From: Aplysia californica
Taxonomy: Eukaryota
NCBI RefSeq assembly: GCF_000002075.1
Contig: NW_004797297.1
Coordinates: forward strand, 1,975,701 to 2,039,700
DNA length: 64,000 nt
Direction: 5' to 3'
The translations under genes and the position numbers were made by a program. The notes under the pieces are model-generated. The model saw nothing but the letters and a program-made list of their open reading frames with translations. It did not search any database and was not told the origin of the DNA. Positions 59,901 to 64,000 of the stretch are shown here, piece by piece. Position 1 is the stretch's first letter. Every line of letters starts with the position of its first letter.

Positions 59901-62622
59901 GTCAAAGTAGCAAACGCGAACCGGTCTGATACAGTGTTTTCAAGTCTTGTGAATAGAAGTATATTGTAAAATTTGTTTCTAAGGGATAAAAATCTTCTCT
60001 CATTTTCATTGTAGTTCGTATTGCTTGATTATCTTCAATTTTCTATTTTAAAAACTATGACGGTTTTCATTCAGTCTGTGAAAATCTTTATTCTCATTCT
60101 CACTTCATTATTCAGAATTCTTTGTAAATGTGTAATATATCAGTATCTCCTCAGTTTTCTTATTCTGTTTAGAAGAGTAGCAATAACGCTACAGCTAAAG
60201 TATATTGGTAATGAGTATTTGTCTATGAGCTATATTATCTCTCTGCTGTAATCAGTTCATGTGTCATTTGTTTCCAGTTGGAAAATGAACTTCAGAAAGC
60301 CAGCATTGATGCTTCTCGGAGTGGAAAGGCCTTAGAGCAGCAAATAGACACATTTGAAGCGAAGAAACTGAAGGATATGAAGGTGAAAATGTTGACTCTA
60401 TTGTTGCTTTTGCAGGTTCAGAACTCTTATAGCATTGTTATTTAAAAAGATGTATTAGACTGGCTGATTATGGTGCAAAGATTACATTCAAGTGGGGTGT
60501 AGGTTGTTGACAAATTAAAGAGCTCAAAGGGATAAGTCATTCGTTGGTCAACTTTTAATTTTCGCTGGATATCCAATTGACAAATATAAGCTTTTATCAA
60601 GACTCACAAAGGAGGAAAAAACTTGCTTTTTATATTAACTTCTTAATCTTTTCATAGCCATATACCCTTTTACATTTCTGAGCCCTGTCGTAATATGTGT
60701 GTGTTGACTTAACCTAGCTATTTTGTAATGATTTTTATTGGAAAAAAGAAGAACTAAATATTACAGTGTGAAATAACTTCAGCATCCTCATTTCGGTGTA
60801 AAACTACTTCTATGAACAAGTCATAGTACTGTCTCCACCAGCAAGACAAAAATTGTGTATGTGTGAACAAGGCCCTGAAGTGCCTTTTCTTGTTTATGAT
60901 GTCAGTGATAATGAATGGGGCATATTTGCTCAATTAATATTGCTTTTATAGTTTTACCACTGTGAATTTGTGACCCCATGTTTCAGAAAATCATGCAAGA
61001 CTTTGTCACTGTTGAGATGCACTTCCACGCTAAGGCCCTGGAGCTTTACACTCAGTGCTTCCAGACCATTGAAAGAATCGACCCTGACGCTGACCTAGAA
61101 GTGAGTACTTGCTGTTTTAGGCCTCAGTAACGTTATTGTCATGAGAAGTTAGTCTGTAGTTACCCCTTTTGTACAAGGCCCCTGAGAATGCACCTTTCCC
61201 TCCTTAATTTCAGGGAGGATGTTCAAAATTTGAACTCCTGTAAGAAATTTTATATTAGCAAGAGAATGCTAAGCCCCCACACTCAGACTTCCCAATAACA
61301 TGACTTTTCTTTCAAAGTTTTCTGGAATATTATTTTGTTGAATCACTGTGTCTTCTTTCCATCAACAGTTGCATTGGTGGTTACGTACTTGTCCTGAAAG
61401 GAGAAATATAGATCTGATTTTGATTGGCATTAAAATTTAGAGGAGCTGAAAAAACGTTTCACCCTATGTTGTACATTTGCAGGAGTTTCGGCATCAGCTT
61501 CGACCCAACGGCTCCATTCGGTCAGATATGGCTCGCTCAGCTTCTCAAGCGTCGCTAGAATCTCGGCAGAATTCCTCCGGCAACACGACCCCAAGGGGGA
61601 ATACAACACCCAGAAAGCCGCCTCCTGCCAAACCACCCACTCCTACAGACACCCGGAAAAAGATTCCTGCCCCTCCACCTATTGTAAGTTAGATCTTTTT
61701 TAACACATCCCTTGTAGATGAGGATATTTACTCACTGGTGGCTACAGTTAGCACACACTGTGGCATTTGAGTCATCATGATGAATTTGAGAAATCACCAA
61801 TAAACACACAAATTCAAGCGTAGCTTAAAAAATTGAAGCTTTTTCATAAAGGCTAAACCAAAAAGTAGTGTCTGTTCCCATGTGAAATAGGGCTGACCTT
61901 TGCAGCATTCTCTTATCTTATCACATGCAGAGCTTATGGCTGTTTTTGAACATTGAATTACATTTATCGATGTAACACGCCTAGTTGCACTGAAATACAT
62001 AGCCCACTCTAATAAGTGAAATGTTTCAGTGTTCAGAGAGTATCAAGTGTTACCAGCTGTAAAATCTATCTCTTAGGTTTTTCTATGAATGGTTGGATCA
62101 GCAGGTTGGATCAGCACACAGTCATGATAGGACTCGGTGGACTGCAGGAACTCATTAGAGGAAATATTTCTTTGTGACAAGTGTTTACTTTTTGCCATAA
62201 TATCGGGGGAGAGAGGGGGGGGGGGGGGGGGGGAGGTTGTTTGTTGTGAGAAAATTTTGAATACTCTTCCACTCTTTCTTTTTACTTTTTTTGGAAAAGA
62301 GTGAACCTTTTATATTTAAACTTTCTGCCTTGATGGCTCCATTTACAGTAACCTTACCTGTTTATCCTTTTGTGAAATCAGTGCAAATTTGATATTCTGG
62401 CAAGTTAGTTCTCCCTAAACAACTATTCCTAACTGACTCTTTGTGTCTTAAGTGGGAAGATTGTTGTAATTATCAATACTGTAATCTATCACTATTTTTA
62501 TCTCTGTGTTACAGAACTTACAAAGTGACAGTGAAGATGATGATGATGATGATGATGAGGACGACTCTGATGATGATTATGACGAGACCGAGACAGAACC
62601 AGCAGCATCAAAGAGAAGATAA
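47995..62622 (+). CDS. CIBAR1: CBY1-interacting BAR domain protein (FAM92 family), 10 exons, ~325 aa: 47995-48026, 53275-53390, 55073-55197, 55609-55677, 56517-56618, 58932-58937, 60278-60382, 60987-61100, 61483-61683, 62515-62622
   Basis: Spliced translation: MSRSGAEIRRS|ESQQKVIQDRITAIEQHLGQLCDISSSYTRKTARLRDKG|DMMAKQL...VQDYREAE|VKRLEGKIITPLMNYG...|NDLKAAFAARDRE...PGDRQKI|AQ|LENELQKA...FEAKKLKDMK|KIMQDFVTVEMHFHAKALELYT...DLE|EFR. YTRKTARLRDK and EM.FH.KALE are FAM92 signatures. Phases are consistent. Confidence 0.92.
48522..48617 (+). repeat. 48-bp tandem duplication
   Basis: AAAATTGTAGAATTCTGTGCCGTGAACAAACGTTCCATTACAACTGTA twice in tandem. Confidence 0.85.
48963..49010. repeat. (TAGATC)n palindromic hexamer microsatellite (a second tract at ~48374-48400)
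   Basis: CTAGATCTAGATCTAGATCTAGATCTAGATCTAG read directly. Confidence 0.85.
50117..50979. mobile_element. pogo/mariner-type MITE in CIBAR1 intron 1
   Basis: TA|CAGTCGAACATGCCGTAACGGAA ... TTCCGTCTGAGACAGGTTCGACTG|TA, with repeated ACGGAA subterminal motifs. Confidence 0.78.
51108..51850. mobile_element. Non-autonomous element with 5' hairpin and internal ~175-bp tandem repeats (Helentron/HINE-like, tentative)
   Basis: Hairpin GAGAACTGGATTTATTAG-A-CTAATAAATCCAGTTCTC at 51112-51148. The GCCAAGTT anchor recurs at 51211, 51385 and 51560. The right boundary is approximate. Confidence 0.5.
53868..54220 (-). mobile_element. tRNA-derived SINE with L2-like 3' tail
   Basis: On the minus strand: A box TGGCTTAGTGG, B box GGGTTCGAATCCC, central GTGTCCTTGGGAAAGGCACTT, and tail TGTAAAGCGCATAGAG...GCGCTATGTAAATG(ATT)n. 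Confidence 0.85.
56619..58931 (+). other. U12-type (minor spliceosome) GT-AG intron of CIBAR1
   Basis: Donor GTATCCTT at 56619. Branch site TTCCTTGAC at 58913-58921 lies close to the AG at 58930-58931. It is followed by the 6-nt exon GCACAG and a GTAACT donor. Confidence 0.88.
56849..57670 (-). mobile_element. Tc1-like (DD34E) transposon relic inside the U12 intron
   Basis: WNRVLFSDESRF; SIMVWG; DGNLTAQRY; FQQDNAQAH; WPALSPDLNVIEHLWD; frameshifted and 5'-truncated. Confidence 0.88.
59330..59530 (-). mobile_element. Short RTE LINE 3' remnant
   Basis: Minus strand KHSRYKGRGRPHKRWIEGVKETL, similar to the 3940-4317 tail. Confidence 0.45.
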
Positions 62623-63659
62623 TGTCTTCAGTGGAGAATAGTTTGTTTTAAAGTGTTGGTGTTTTCAAACCAAGCGAATTCTATGAATTTCCAGTTTCTG
62701 GCAACACTTAACTTACTCTTTTTTATCTGAAAAAACACCGTCCAAAATTTGTTACTGAAATTTTCTATCGAGAGGATAGATCTGAAACAGACTTAAGCTA
62801 TTCTTATTGAACACTGTTGTGCATGTGATGTAGTGAGGGACCAGTCATCTATTTCTTTCTGAAAAAAGAATTTTTGATGGTTGTATCAAAGTAATAACTC
62901 TATTGTGATACCTGAGAGGTAGTGCTAATATAAAGTCTGTGGCTGAAGAAATACATCCATTATAATGCATTTAAAAATTCCATTTTGTCTGCAGGACATA
63001 TGTGGTGGCAGCACACAAAGACACAGTCACATTTTTTTTTTCATTTGCTTGTATTGGAAATCCGGCAAACAGCGGGGATGGTATTGTTGTTTGAGAATGA
63101 AAAGAGAAACATTTACCTCATGTTATGGTAAAAATGTCTGCCAATGTTACGACATTACATGGATCATAAATGGCATTGTGTGGTGTTGAGAGCAGTGAGT
63201 TACATTTGGTCCATTTTTCAGTTTTTGTCTTTTTTTAAATTCTTGACTGGATCCTATTAATGATATGTATCACTAACTGAATTGTAAAATGGGACTCTTT
63301 TAAGATTATTATGGAGTGCTACATTTTTATTGTTTATGAGTATTTATTTGCTCACATTTGAATCCTTTATTAAAACTATTTCAGGGAATCATTTTCTCTT
63401 TATAACATTTTCAGGTCTAAAGTTTAAATTTGAGTTGGAATCTTTATTAAAAGACAGAAAGGATAAGGTATTTAAATTTAGACCTTTGAAGAGTGATTTT
63501 TATGGTTTTCTGGCTGTTTATAATGCTCTGACCCAATTTTTTAATGCATTACACAGAAGACCCTAGAATTCATTGATATTTTATAAGAACAATCGAGACA
63601 TGCTAAGTGTGGCTCCTCATGGAGATTCAGATTGAGTTTTGGATTTGTGATTACTTGAC

Positions 63660-63730
63660 ATAATAATAATAAATGACATTTATATAGCGCTCAACCCGAT
63701 TAAAGTACTCAGGGTCTGAGCGCTTTACAA
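63660..63730 (-). mobile_element. L2/SINE-type 3' tail
   Basis: Reverse complement TTGTAAAGCGCTCAGA...GAGCGCTATATAAATG(ATT)n, the same tail type as 53868-53930. Confidence 0.5.
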
Positions 63731-64000
63731 TACAGTATAACATACAACAGTAACTTAAAACGTTGTGTTCTGACACATAAAATGTGGCAATGCATTTAAA
63801 ATCGATGACTTAGAAGTAATAATAATTTTTCTGATTAATGGGTTCATAGGCAGGCCTACATGCTTCTCAGCAATCTTTGTACATGCAACTAGGTAACTAA
63901 TAATTGGTTTAACTTAATTGATCATGTGGGTTTTTTGTGCGCAGACATACTATCCTTTTATGTCGTATGTTTAAAGAAGCTCTACTTTTGACCACTGATA

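Overview
This is AT-rich, intron-rich animal genomic DNA, probably a lophotrochozoan invertebrate (inferred from repeat style, not established). It has two assembly gaps (44028-44220, 47587-47722). I reconstructed three host genes by hand, with phase-consistent splice sites. (1) The 3' part of mitochondrial ribosome-binding factor A (RBFA, + strand, exons 1400-1570, 3554-3660, 7623-8316), with a GC-AG intron. (2) A complete 13-coding-exon kinetochore gene CENP-T (- strand, 43335->22204, about 919 aa), with two TPRTHI motifs, a duplicated exon pair, a repeat-expanded linker and a C-terminal histone fold. (3) A complete 10-exon CIBAR1/FAM92 BAR-domain gene (+ strand, 47995-62622, about 325 aa), with a U12-type intron followed by a 6-nt microexon. 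Between the convergent RBFA and CENP-T 3' ends lies a ~12.7-kb pile-up of DNA transposons. It holds an intron-containing piggyBac pseudogene, pogo-like, hAT and Harbinger relics, and one apparently intact TTAA-flanked piggyBac, and it is bracketed by inverted copies of one TA-flanked MITE family. Introns carry LINE fragments (RTE, I/Nimb-like), a Tc1 relic, a tRNA-derived SINE and several MITEs with recognisable target-site duplications; an L2/CR1 fragment lies between CENP-T and CIBAR1. I found no clearly new multi-gene system. The best leads are the intact piggyBac, the expanded CENP-T architecture, the U12-intron/microexon unit and the transposon trap between convergent genes.
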